DNA of 64,000 bases from Azolla caroliniana (taxonomy: Eukaryota > Plantae > Polypodiophyta). The first letter of the stretch is position 1, and each line of letters opens with the position of its first letter. Of the stretch, positions 1 through 12,032 are shown piece after piece. The DNA lies in contig JBHGNT010000006.1 of assembly GCA_043228905.1 (NCBI GenBank), forward strand, positions 15,376,001 to 15,440,000. The letters are read 5' to 3'. Both the position numbers and the translations under genes were made by a program. The notes under the pieces were generated by a model, which saw only the letters and a list, made by a program, of their open reading frames with translations, made no database searches and was not told the DNA's origin.

Positions 1-1
1 C

Positions 2-240
2 TACTGTGACAATCAAAGTGTTATCCACCTAGCGAAGAACGTAGCCTACCAGTCCCGGATAAAGCACATCCAGAGGAGATATCACTAGCTCTGGGAGAAG
101 GTAGAAGATAAAGAGTTCTGGCTAATGAAGATCCATACAGAAGAGAACGGGTCAGACATGCTAACCAAGGTGTTGTCAGCCAACAAGGTAGATGTGTGCC
201 AGAGACGGATCAGAATGACGGGATATCCCATGCGAGAGTG
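2..240 (+). pseudogene. Ty1/copia pol C-terminus (RNase H), truncated by the window edge
   Basis: Manual translation YCDNQSVIHLAKN...RIKHIQRRYH*...KIHTEENGSDMLTK matches the copia RNase H motif. One in-frame stop. A purine tract GAGAGTGAAGGGGAA follows. Confidence 0.85.
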
Positions 241-249
241 AAGGGGAAT

Positions 250-787
250 TGGTTGGGAAACAGTTCCCTCCAGATGGGACCCGGATGAGCCGAAGGAACC
301 AGGCCGAATGGGTCCAGAAGGTACCCGGATATCGGATCGGATGGATCCGGAAGGAGTCCAACTAGATCCGGTATGAACCAGCAAGTAGGAACATATTTGT
401 GAATATGTTTAGACGTGACCCTCGAGGTCATATTTGTAAATAGACCATAAGTTATATGAGTATATAAATATAACTAGTGCAAATAGTGTTTTATAGAGGT
501 TTTATTATTATTAATGTTGTTCAGAGAGAGTGAGAGAGTGAGAGTGAAACAGAAAGTATTTTTTGTTGTAACCGCCAGTTGGCGAGGACATACAACTCAA
601 GGTCATTGCCTCCTAGTCTTCTGTTGTATTCTCCCTCTTATAGTGGTAGTTGGAGTCTGTGGGCTCCCTTGGTTTTTCCCGTTTAGGGTTTTCCAAGTTA
701 ATATCCTGTGTCGTCTCATTTTCTATTTTTTTGCTTTCTTCCTTTGAGTGATTTAGACTCAGTTGTGGCCGAGCACTATTCTGAACA
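250..787 (+). repeat. Probable 3' LTR of the preceding copia element
   Basis: Begins TG just after the purine tract, contains TATATAAA and ends ...CTGAACA. The partner LTR is not in the window, so the right end is approximate. Confidence 0.5.
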
Positions 788-1500
788 AAACCATGGGGGT
801 GACAAATGATTGTCTTTCCCTGATCTCTATATCACTTTTTTTATGGCGGCTCCCCGAGGCTCAACCATGTATGTTCATGTCATGAATAGTCTAGACACGA
901 AAAAATGTTAACAATAAACTATGTCTTTGTGCCCACCCATATGGTTTCGGCTCTTTAAATCTTATTACGAGGACCCCAAAGTGCACTTAGACCTAAAGTC
1001 TAAACATGTTTTATAGTCATATATATCAATAATGTTGTATGGTCATGATAATATTTGAACTCGAAACCTCGAGAACAAATACATTAAACACTTGAGCTAA
1101 CAAAATTGGAGCAAAGTTTATTCGTATGAGAGATATATGAAGGCATTTGCCTATATATGTTTTTTAAAAGAAAACATATGTGTCTAGAAACCTTATTTCC
1201 CCCTCGTTAACTAGACAACTATGTTGGTAACGTTACCCAACCTCAAGTCTCATAATTACGATGGCATATGCCAATGTGCAACCTAATGGTCAAGTCACAC
1301 TAGCCCTCTTTTTCGTAGTAGGCCTATGTGGCCCATCACATGGTTACGTCATTACGAATGCCTATCGTAATGATGATCTCATGTGGCATCATCATCATGT
1401 AATGAGTGAGGAATGTTGGATGTATGTGTCATATGATTGACACCCACATGAAGTGGTTCAAGCCCTTATGCTCACAACGCACAACATCATTGTGGCAATG

Positions 1501-2465
1501 TGTAAAAGATATTGTGCAGAAGCTAAAACGAAACCGGAGGGTCCGGTTAGTAGTAGAACACAGAACGGAGATTTTAATAGAAAGCTTGAATACACAGGAG
1601 AGACACAGAGAGAGCAGAACAATATAAACTCAATTTCAAAATAATAACACTTTGTACATATGAATGTGTTACAGAACACTTTTTATACAAGTCCTTAAAA
1701 GGACTGACATGTACTTCAATGCTCATGCGAGCGACTAACAGTAACTCCAAGGACTATGACTATGTTGTCGTCATGTATTTCGTTCACTACGTGAAAAACG
1801 TATAAAGTACCTGATTCAATAAATATAAAGAAAAAGTAGGAAATATAATAATATGTATTACATGCATAGGACAAGATTTGAACCTTGTACCTCCATGTTA
1901 ATAATTTAAAGCTTTACCATTACACTAACACATCATGAGTGCTAAAAAAGTAGATATCCCACATACAAAGGTTACTTCACGCATATTTTCTAGGAAAAAG
2001 CTTTACTTAGAAGAAAAACGCATCATAGAAAAAAGTTACACATGCATATCTAGCATGCATAAACACTATAGTCGATAAAAAATGCATGAGGTTTCTATAT
2101 CCTTCTCTTTCAATCTAAATTCATATTCTTATCTAAATATTGATTAATAAAACACATTATACTTGTGGGATTCACAAGTTTCTATCTCTCTTTCTTACAA
2201 TTTATTCATATTCATAACTAAACTCATCTCAAAATCTTCCTCCTCCTAGTCCAAAACCCCAATGGTTCCCACCCAACTCACGTAACAATCCGACGCCAAA
2301 AGGCACGACAACGTACTAGGTTCAAACCATAAGCTCCAACGGCCTACCAGTTATCACTATTCTGGAGTATGATTTGGTTCCCTGGTTCGGCTTTAGGTTC
2401 TAGATACCGATCTGGCTCTAGCTTATTCAGTCGATTTGGATCCGGTTGAGCTTTACCGCTTAGCA
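1501..2465 (-). repeat. 3' LTR of copia E, interrupted by a solo LTR at 1766-2310
   Basis: TGTAAAAGATATTGTGCAGAAGCTAA... aligns with 49825 onward. Minus-strand GGGGGAG lies immediately upstream. Confidence 0.85.
1766..2310 (+). mobile_element. Solo LTR related to the gag-only element family
   Basis: Ends TGTCGTC...GGCACGACA. Reverse-complement similarity to LTR 44768-45531. Flanks ATGT/ACGT; the uninterrupted LTR has a single ACGT near 50098. Confidence 0.85.
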
Positions 2466-3149
2466 CTCCCCCATAAGCCCAACTTGAGGTCAGATCGCTA
2501 TGTGTGTCCACCAGCCCTTTCCTCTAGTTTCCCCTAGTGTCTTCCTGCCTAGCTCACACTCCTCGTCCGGTCCGGTTCCTCTTGCCACGACCCATTTGGT
2601 TTTGTGCACCTCGACCTTCTCTGTCGGTTTGTCTAATCCCTTGGCCTTTGTCAGCTCTCTCGCTATCATGACTCTAGCGCCTCTCGACCCGCCGGCTCCT
2701 TTGTGTCGGTGTTGACTTCTACTTGGCCAATCAATTCGGCTCCTCCAAATTGAACAGTTTAATTGAATCGGCTGCTTCCTATTCTCTTGACTGAATTGGT
2801 TGTCTCTGATTCGTTCCTACTTTGGTCTGAGTTGGTTGTCTCCAGCTCTTCCTCGATCATCAGACCCTTCACGACATCAGACCACATCCATGTCTTCATC
2901 TACTTGGCATTGTTGGCTTTACCTCCCCCATTTTCGGTTGGCTTTGGCTCCAGCTTCCCTTTGTGGTAGCTCCCCTTGCGCTTCACAAGTCTCCACTTGT
3001 CTGTTCTATCTACACATGTCCATCTGTCCTCGACTTCAGCCAGCTCGAACATTTCAACTTTTCCAGTCGGTCCGAAATTGAAACCGTCATCCGATTTGGT
3101 ATTCTGGACATCATCATCTCTCTCCTTCTTCTCTGTGTCACCTCTACCC

Positions 3150-5492
3150 CTCAAGTTCATCATATTGAGGTGCTTGAGACCAACCAGGCCCGAAAATTGT
3201 CGTAACTTGTCTAGGCCAAGAGGTTTGGTGAAGATGTCGGCAGTCTACAAATTCGTCGGAACATACACTAGTTCGACTTCACCGGAGAGGACCCCCTCTC
3301 TTGCACAAAATGGTAATGCACCTCAATGTGCTTTGTCCAGGCGCGGAAGACATGTTTCTTTGCCAGTTGGATCGGACACCTCCAACTGCAGATCCTTTAA
3401 TAGTCGTTTAAGCCAAATGGCTTCGCACGTTGTGATAGTCTTTTTCTGTTGCTCTAGGTGACCGTGACACTTTCAAGTGAAAACGTGAATCCGGAAGTTG
3501 ATCGTCGATCGTCGGCATTTCTGGCCCAATCGGAATACGTGTAACTGACTACACTGGTCTGATATAGCAACCCCTTGTCCTTAGTTCCATTGACGTATCA
3601 GAGTATTCGGTGTGCGCACTCAACATGCTCCACAGTCGGATGCGCCATGAATTGATTGATCAAGCCAACCATATAGTTGAGATCCGGTCGGGTAATGGTC
3701 AGGTATATAAGGCTTTCGGCTATCTATCGGAACCGTTTCGGGTTGCATGTCATTCTGGAGTCGGAGTGAAGCTTCACATTCCTATCTAGAGGAGTTGAGA
3801 TGGCCTTGCATTCCGTCATACCAAATTTGAAGAGCATACTCAACACATAATGGCGTTGACTAATCAATATGTCATGCGGGGTGCGGATCCCTCCGATCCC
3901 GAGGAAGTAATGAAGGTCCCCGAGATCCTTCATTTCAAATGATGCAGTGAGGTTAGACTTGACGCGGTCGATTTCTTCTTGGTCGACACCAGCGATAACT
4001 AAATCATCAATATAAAGCAAAATTCTTTCCAGCCCCTGCCAACCTCACCAGATGAACAATGAAGAGTCCGACTTCAACGCAACAAACCCCATCCGACGCA
4101 ATTGTTGCGTGATTTTCGCATTCTAGGCAAACTCTAGGCACATAGGGCTTCCTTTAGTTCGTATATGGACTTCTTCAGTCGGAAAATAGCCGATGTGTTC
4201 ATTCTAGAGTGAAATCCGTGGGGTTGAGCCATATACACCTGTTCCTCAAGGTCGGCTTGCAGGAACACGTTTTTCACATCCATCTGATGTAGATGCCACC
4301 CTTTCGCTCCTACCACCACAAGCAAGACATAGATTGTTGTCATCCTCGCAACCAGCACGAAGGTCTCTTCATAATCTATTCTGTGTTGTTCTGTGTAGCC
4401 TTTGGCCACCAATCGGGCCTTGTACCTGTTAACAGAGGTGTCGACATTGTATTTGATTTTATACACCCACCATCAACCAATCGGCTTCACTCCTTTCGGT
4501 ACATCCACCAAGTCCCACGTCTCATTTTCCATGAACGCCTCCATCTCTTCCTTCATGGCCTTCTGCCAATTCGGATTCTTAACCGCTTTTGCGTAGCTCT
4601 TCGGATCACCCACGACTGCCACCTTCACCATGTACGCATAATGATGCGCCATATATTCGTTATATCTGTATCGAACTATGTGGTGCTTTTGGCGGGTGGA
4701 TTGACACAACTTCTGGTTCGCCAATTTCATGGCCCTATTGCCCAACTTGAACTTTTCTCTCGAAGATCTATCTTTGCTCTTTCTGAAATCGGATCCACTT
4801 TGATCCGACTCATCTCTACCACTATCGTATTCCGACATCTTTTTATTCCCATTCTCTTTGTACGTGAACCGTCTCATCAGTTCCTTACACAGGGAGAGCA
4901 TGGTTGAGTCTTCACTATTCGTCGGCTCGTCATTTGGTTGACCTCTCCGGCTCAACCAGCCCGGATTTGGTCCACTGATCCGGAGAGAAGTCGAACTATC
5001 CGATTTGGATAGTTTGGATAGTTTGGATTTCGATATGCTTCCTTGTGTTCCGAAATCCGTTGCATCGTCCACAGCAATCGGCTCGGGTTTGGGTGATGAG
5101 AAGTACCAAAATGCGGATTGGTCGAAGATGACATCACGATTAGCTCAAACTTGCTTCGAATGAGGTTTGTAGCACTTGTACCCCTTCTGCTCATCGGGGT
5201 AGAAAACTAGGATGCACTGCTCGGATTTTGCATCCAATTTCGTCCACTTCTCATCTGGCGCATGCACATAGGCAATGTTCATGAATACCCGAAGGTGTGC
5301 CAAATTTGGCTTCCACTCGGAATAAAGTTTGTTCGGCAACACCTTTGTCCCTAAGAAAAATATCTGATTATGTATATAGACGGCGATCCAAATTGCCTCG
5401 GCCCAATAAATCTGGGGCATGCATTTCTCTTATAGCATTTCCCTTGCCGCTTCTACCAGCATCCGATTCCAACATTCGGCCACGCTGTTCTG
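3150..5492 (-). pseudogene. Copia E pol remnants (integrase C-term, RT, RNase H)
   Basis: ORF pieces WAEAI..NLAHLRVF, RYKARLVAKGY, HQMDVKNVFL, LYIDDLVI, MKDLGDLHYFLG, with frameshifts and stops. Confidence 0.9.
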
Positions 5493-5912
5493 TGTTACCG
5501 GCCGGCAAGGAGTCCAAAATACGGAGTGAAGGAATTAATTAGATATGGTTGTAAATGAGCCTAGTGTGGACGGACGGACTGGAAACGGTATGCCGTTCCA
5601 GATCCGGACGGATCCCGAATAGGTGCGAGAAGCACCGTTTTGTACTACGGGCCGGAAACCTATTTAAAGGCCCGGACCCCATTGTAATGACAGCGGATAA
5701 TTAATAGAGCTTATGTTGTTTATACTTCTGTCTTGGTTTCCGTTCTGTAATTACTGTTATATCTTACGCGTGTAATTAACCGAAGCATTCTAATTGTGTA
5801 ACCTATGTAAGTCGGTGTAATCGTTGAATCTTAATCCTATGCCGTAATCACCCTTTGGTGAAGTGTCTCCGTGACACCTTGTGTTAGGCCTTGTCCGGCT
5901 AAGAGAATAACA
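5493..5912 (+). repeat. 5' LTR of A
   Basis: Direct repeat of 14935-15354; TATA-like CCTATTTAAA on the + strand. Confidence 0.95.
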
Positions 5913-5918
5913 CAGTTT

Positions 5919-5929
5919 TGGCGACCACG
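5919..5929 (+). promoter_or_regulatory. Primer-binding site of A, probably tRNA-Arg(UCG)
   Basis: TGGCGACCACG, 6 nt after the LTR. Also at 29185 (C) and 29902 (B, one change). tRNA identity from recall. Confidence 0.75.
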
Positions 5930-5963
5930 ATTCCTGCTTTCTCGCATCGAACGACGGTAATGG

Positions 5964-8900
5964 ATGACTAGACCAACGCACGACTTGGTTACAGACCGAG
6001 CTCGACGCCTCGCCGAACGGCAAAGACGGCGTGAGACTTTCCAGCAAGCAGCGCAGGAAATTCGCTCGGATCGTTCGTTCTCCAACGAGATCCGGAGAGT
6101 CGCGGAGGAATCTCTCCGGTTACGGCAAACTCGCGACCAAGACGACGGAGGCAGTCTAAGTAGTCTCCGGGAAACCGAACGACTCCTGGAGGCGCTGGCA
6201 AGCGGAGAAAACGAGGCAGAAGCCTTTTCAGCCTACGAATCTGATTCCGATGGGGGATACAGCGTGCACACGAACTACCGGAGCAGCAACGATACCCCCG
6301 GCGGCCCGGAAGACGACGGGTCGGATACCGTGCCGACTCCAGAACCGGAACCGCGCAACCAGGGCTACCCGGAACCGCAAACGGAAGCCGTCAACCCACC
6401 AACACCGGAAGTGGAAGAAGCAAAGCCACCAACACCAACGAAAGGGCCGGCAAAGGTACCGGAAGAAGAGCCGGAAAAAGAACCGGAAAAAGGACCGGCA
6501 AAAGAACCGGAAGTGGAACCGGAGAAAGTACCGGAAAAATATCAACAAACGCCACTAAACCGCGGCTTAATACTGGACGACGACATGCCGTTCCAATACT
6601 CAAAGTACCGCGATGATCCGGATGCGGAAGCGCATGTGGATGACTTCGAGCAGACATGGGAAGCAAATCACACGTCCCAGCGAATGACACCGGAGGAAGA
6701 AGAACGCTCGAAGATAGCGGAATTCGGAGTCACGTTGGAGGGACCAGCGACACGATGGCGGCGGTCGCAGGACCCGGCGACCATCACAACATTTGCAGAA
6801 TTAAAAGCAAAATTCTTGCATTTTTTCCACAAGGAGGTCGACCAGACGACAATGGTGGGTCTGTTTTATACGATCCGGCAGGAGGCAGGGGAAAGCATTC
6901 CCCAATTCGTCATCCGTTTCCAACGAATGCATAGCCAGCTTGCCCGTGCACCCCCGGAGGAGGAATTACGGACGATATTTTTAAACGCACTCCGGGAACC
7001 GTTACGCACGGTGTGTACGGTGATCGACTTTCGAGGATGCACCATCGATCAGGTCATTGACCGGGTCAGAGAAATGGAAAAGACAAGCTCATGGCTTACG
7101 CTGGGAACACTGCAACGGGCGTTACCCACCGAGGAAGATCTCCGGTTCCGGCAGGCAATTCAATGCACAATCTGCTTGAATGCCGGACACTCGGCAGTAG
7201 AGTGCACCATGCGCACTCAGTGTGTGATTTGTCAATCCAAGAGTCATACAACGGACCGGTGCGAGTATAACCTGTTAAACCGACAAGCACCACCCGTCCG
7301 ACGGATCGAGCCAAGAAGCAGCCAAGACGAAGATGAAGATCGTTGGCAAAAAATGAACCGGTACCGACCGGCACAGGATGTCCGGTACGGAGACAGGCAA
7401 GAGAATGATGGCCGGTACGGGAATCGGCGTGATAACTACGACCGGTATGAGCGATCGGACCGTTATCAAGAGCCCAACAGGCGACACGAGCAATACGACA
7501 AAGACCATTCCCCTGGTTACCGAAGGCACCAGGAGGACTACGGCCGATTTTACGATCCACCACGACCGGACTACCGAAATAAACATAAGAATAATAAGAA
7601 ACGTAATTTCAAGAAAGGTGGTCACCCTAGGGACCCGGAACATGGAACCCCAAGGAGCCAACCGGCACAGAACGCACCACTCGCTACGGGACCGGCTCCG
7701 GCTACCAGCAATGCTGAATCCAGCAATACCCGTAAAGAGTACTGCTACGACTGCAGGCAAGAAGGCCACTACAGTAACCAGTGCCCGGTAAAGAGCTACG
7801 AGAAACGACCAGCAGTTAATATGGTGGTTCCGGAAGTGGCGGATTTACAGCAAGTAACCACACGGTCGAAAGGCATGGCCAAAGAATGGGAAACACAAGA
7901 GGCCATACGAAAACAGGCGACGGAATGGGTAAAGGAAGCCAATGAAAGAAACGTCGCGGACGCGGAACGGCAAAAGGCGAAGATCATAGGGAGTGCGGGC
8001 GGTAGCCACCCAGAAAACGAGACATGGCAAGCACTACAAGAATGTCAGATCACGTTACCATTAGGAAGACTCTTGCAGCTCGTACCGCGATTCACAGAAG
8101 GACTAAAAACGGTCATGACAGACGGTATAGCTCCACCGGCACCAGTCCTTTTCTCGAATCCGGAGGAGGGACCGACGGTGGTGGACACTAGTAGTCCGGT
8201 GATCACAGCTATTGTCAAAGGGCACGAACTTCCCGGCACAGTAATCGATGGAGGTTCCGGAGTGAACGTAATAAGCCTTCGCACGTGTGATACCTTGGGT
8301 ATACATGAATGGGAGCCATGTCCGTTCTGGCTACGGATGGCGGATACGAGCTCTGTACGGCCGACGGGCTTAATACGGAAATTGGAAGTCACCATAGGAG
8401 GCCACACATTTCACATCTCGGCTGTAGTGCTGCAGCTACAGGCGCAAGGCGCGTACCCACTGCTGCTGGGCAGACCATGGTTGAAAACAGCACACATCAA
8501 GCAAAATTGGCGAAAAAATATGATTACCTTCCGGCGCGGAAAAGCCAAGGTCCGGGTACCGACACAACCACGGACGAGCAACGGTAAGGAATGCACACCG
8601 CTGTATGCGGAATGTGTGAACATGCTGGAAGGATTGGCAGACGACGAAGAAGCCTAGTCCTTGGAGGAACATCCGAAGATCGTACCACTCTTCGAGATTG
8701 ACGTAGCTGAAGCCGTAGCCGCATACTTGCCGCAGCGGGACGACACCGAAGCCGAACCAGACAAAGATGCGATTCGGGAATTACGGCAAGCACAGGAAGC
8801 GTTGGAACGAGAAATGGCCGTTTCCCAACGGGTAAAAGCATCCCAGCTCGACGAAGTGAACCTAGGAAGCAAGGACGAATCAAAGCCGGTACACATCGCC

Positions 8901-11828
8901 AAAGAAATGAAGCCGGAAGATAAAGCGGCGATGATCAAACTTCTCACGGAGTTTCACGACGTATTCGCCTGGTCATACGAAGACATGCGAGGGCTGGACC
9001 CTCAATTATATCAGCATCAAATCCACTTAGGCAAGGACGCGAAACCAGTGGCGCAAAGACGATACCGAATGAGCCCCAACTACGCCGCCAAAGTGAAGGA
9101 GGAAATCGACAAACTTCTAAGAGTGGGCTTCATCCGGCCGGTAAAGAAAGCGACGTGGCTGAGCCCCATCGTCGTCGTCCCAAAGAAGAACGGTAAAATC
9201 CGTGTGTGTGTAGATTACAGGAAACTAAATGCCGCCACAATTACGGATGCATTCCCTCTTCCGTTCACGGATGGAGTACTGGATGCCGTCGCCGGTCATG
9301 AAGTTTATAGCTTTCTAGACGGGTTCAGCGGGTACAATCAAATCCGGATGCACCCGGACGACCAGGAGAAGACAGCGTTCGTCACCGAATGGGGGGTGTT
9401 TGTGGCCGAAGTCATGATGTTCGGCCTAAAAACGGCACCAGCAACGTTCCAGCGAATCATCATGGAGATCTTCGGCGAATACATTCCTGCCTTCATGCAA
9501 GTTTTCCTGGATGATTTTGCAGTCTATAGCCGGGGAAAAGACCATTTGCAGCACCTACGGTTATGCCTTGAAAAGTGCAGGTTATACCGGCTAAGCTTAA
9601 ACCCAGCAAAATGCATCTTTGGGGTGTCAAGTGGAATATTGCTGGGACACATTGTAAGTAAGGAGGGCATTGCGGTCGACCCGGACAAAGTAAACGCCAT
9701 ACTAGGGGCACCGGCGCCGAAAACGGCCAAAGCACTAAGCCGATTCTTAGGACAGATCCGGTGGCACAGCCGGATGCTCCGTCACTTGGCTGACATGGCT
9801 ACACCATTACACACCGCGGTACATCGGACACCGTTCCAATGGACGGATACGGAGGATAAGGCATACAATGCCCTGAAGGTACTTTTATCGCAAGCACCCG
9901 TCGTGCAGCCTCCGGATTGGAGCAAGGAATTTCACGTGTTCGTGGACGCGTCCGACATCGCTATTGGCAGCGCCTTAATGCAGCTTACGGAGCCCAAATG
10001 GTACCGGCCGGTATATTACGCCAGCCGGAAACTATCCCAAGCGGAGAAGAACTATTCAACGACGGAACGGGAGGCCCTGGGCATGATCTACAGTGTGACA
10101 AAGTTTCGTCACTACCTATTGGGAAGGAAGTTCTCCTTCCATGTGGATCACTCGGCGCTCCTCTACTTAGTTTCCAAGGCGTCCCTGACCGGTAAGTTGG
10201 CCCGTTGGACCTTGCTGTTGCAGGAGTTCGAATTCGAGATTTTCCACCGGCCCGGTATCCAGCATGCCGTAGCAGACTACCTGAGCCGGTTAGAGTCCGG
10301 AGAACCAGGCGACGGAGTAGCGGATGAATTCCCGGACGCGGAGTTATTCCGTATCACCCCGGAAACGGCAGCGGACGACACAGTGGCATCAGAAGATAAA
10401 TGGCTGACAAACATGCACCAGTTCCTAAGCACGGGCCTGCCACCGGAGGAAATGAACCGGGACGAGAGGAAACGACTGGCGGTGCAGAGCCGCAATTTCT
10501 GTCTGTTACGGGACACTCTCTACCACAAAGGAGCAGATGGAATATGGAGACGGGCAGTCCGTAGTGACGAGAAAGAAGTAATCTTACGGGAAGCACACTG
10601 TGGGGTTGCAGGATGACACTATGCCGGGGAAGCGACGGCAAGAAAGGTATGGCAGAGCGGCTTATGGTGGCCCACGACGCTAAAAGATGTCGTCAAGTAT
10701 GCTAAGGAATGTGACCTATGCCAACGAATGGGCCAGCCTACGGAGCAAGCACGGATGCCACACCAACCGGTACTTCCACTAGAGCCATTCCAGAAGTGGG
10801 GGTTGGATTTTGTCGGACCGTTCAAGCCACCGGCAATGAGAACAGGTAATCGTTATGTCATCGTGGCAACGGATTATTGCACGAAATGGGTGGAAGCTAA
10901 GGCCCTGAGAGACAACACCGCGTCATCCACAGCAAAATTCCTGTACGAAAACATTTGGTGCCGGTATGGATGTCCGATTGAATTAATCAGCGACCAAGGA
11001 GGCCACTTCCTTGGCCAGGTAGTGGAAAGCTTAACAACGTTCTATGCCGTGGTCCATAAACGAAGCACACCGTACTACCCACAAGCGAACGGGTTAGCAG
11101 AGTCCACCAACAAAACGCTGCAGAACATTCTCCGCAAAATCGTCAACGAAAACCGGACGGACTGGGATACAAAGCTCCATAGCGCGCTATGGGCGTACAG
11201 AACGGCATACAAAACAAGTATCCGGACAACGCCGTTCCGGTTAGCATTCGGCTTAGAAGCGGTCATGCCAGTGGAATTTCAGGTACCAAGCTTACGGATC
11301 CAACTACGGGAACGGCTGAATGAAAAGAAGTCGGAGGAAATGCGGCTAGCAGCACTATGCGAATTGGAGGAGCAACGGCTGGCCAGCATCCTACACATGG
11401 AACTGGAGCAACGACGACGGAAAGCGTTCGTTGACCATCACCGGAAAGGTAATGAGAAGATGTTCGAAGTCGGAAAGCCGGTGCTAGTATTCCAAACGAG
11501 GATGGGCAAGATGCCGGGTAAACTCCGGTTCAGATGGACAGGCCCGTATTGGCTGACACGGGAATACAACGGGTCCTATCAGATAGGGACACTTGCCGGG
11601 GAAGTACTAGGCAAGTGGGTGAATGGATTTCGACTAAAGCCCTATAAAGGACCGATGCCAAAGAACCCGTTTATGCAGCTCACCGGCACTACACCAGGAA
11701 CCTGTCCGGGATCGGTACGGATCGATCCGGAAGAAAAAGACGACGGGGAACCCGTAGTAGAGACGAAGGAAGACACGGCAACCCGTAAGGAAAACGGTCA
11801 GGGTCCGAAGGGACTTACGGATGTGTAA
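5964..11828 (+). pseudogene. gag-pol polyprotein of A with two nonsense mutations
   Basis: Single frame: CCHC knuckles, protease IDGGSGVN, RT FLDD, RNase H VDAS, integrase HHCC and WGLDFVGP, WTGPY. TAG at 8655 and TGA at 10614 are CAG and GGA in copy B. Confidence 0.93.
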
Positions 11829-12032
11829 GGTCACACACCGTCATTAAAAATTATAAAAAAAAAAAAAAAAAGAAAATCATTAAAAATCGAGGTATGAACG
11901 GGTGTGAAAGCAAGGCGCGAAAAGGTACGTAGTGGGCATTTAAGAGACGCCACGCTACTTAATACTAAATTGGTACACGACGTGTGCATGCTCGAAAAAG
12001 GCGCCAAAACGCACAAAGAAGAAGCAGAACGC

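Noticed and set aside
8655-8657. Programmed readthrough stop between protease and RT
   Set aside because: Copies B and C have CAG here, so it is a nonsense mutation.
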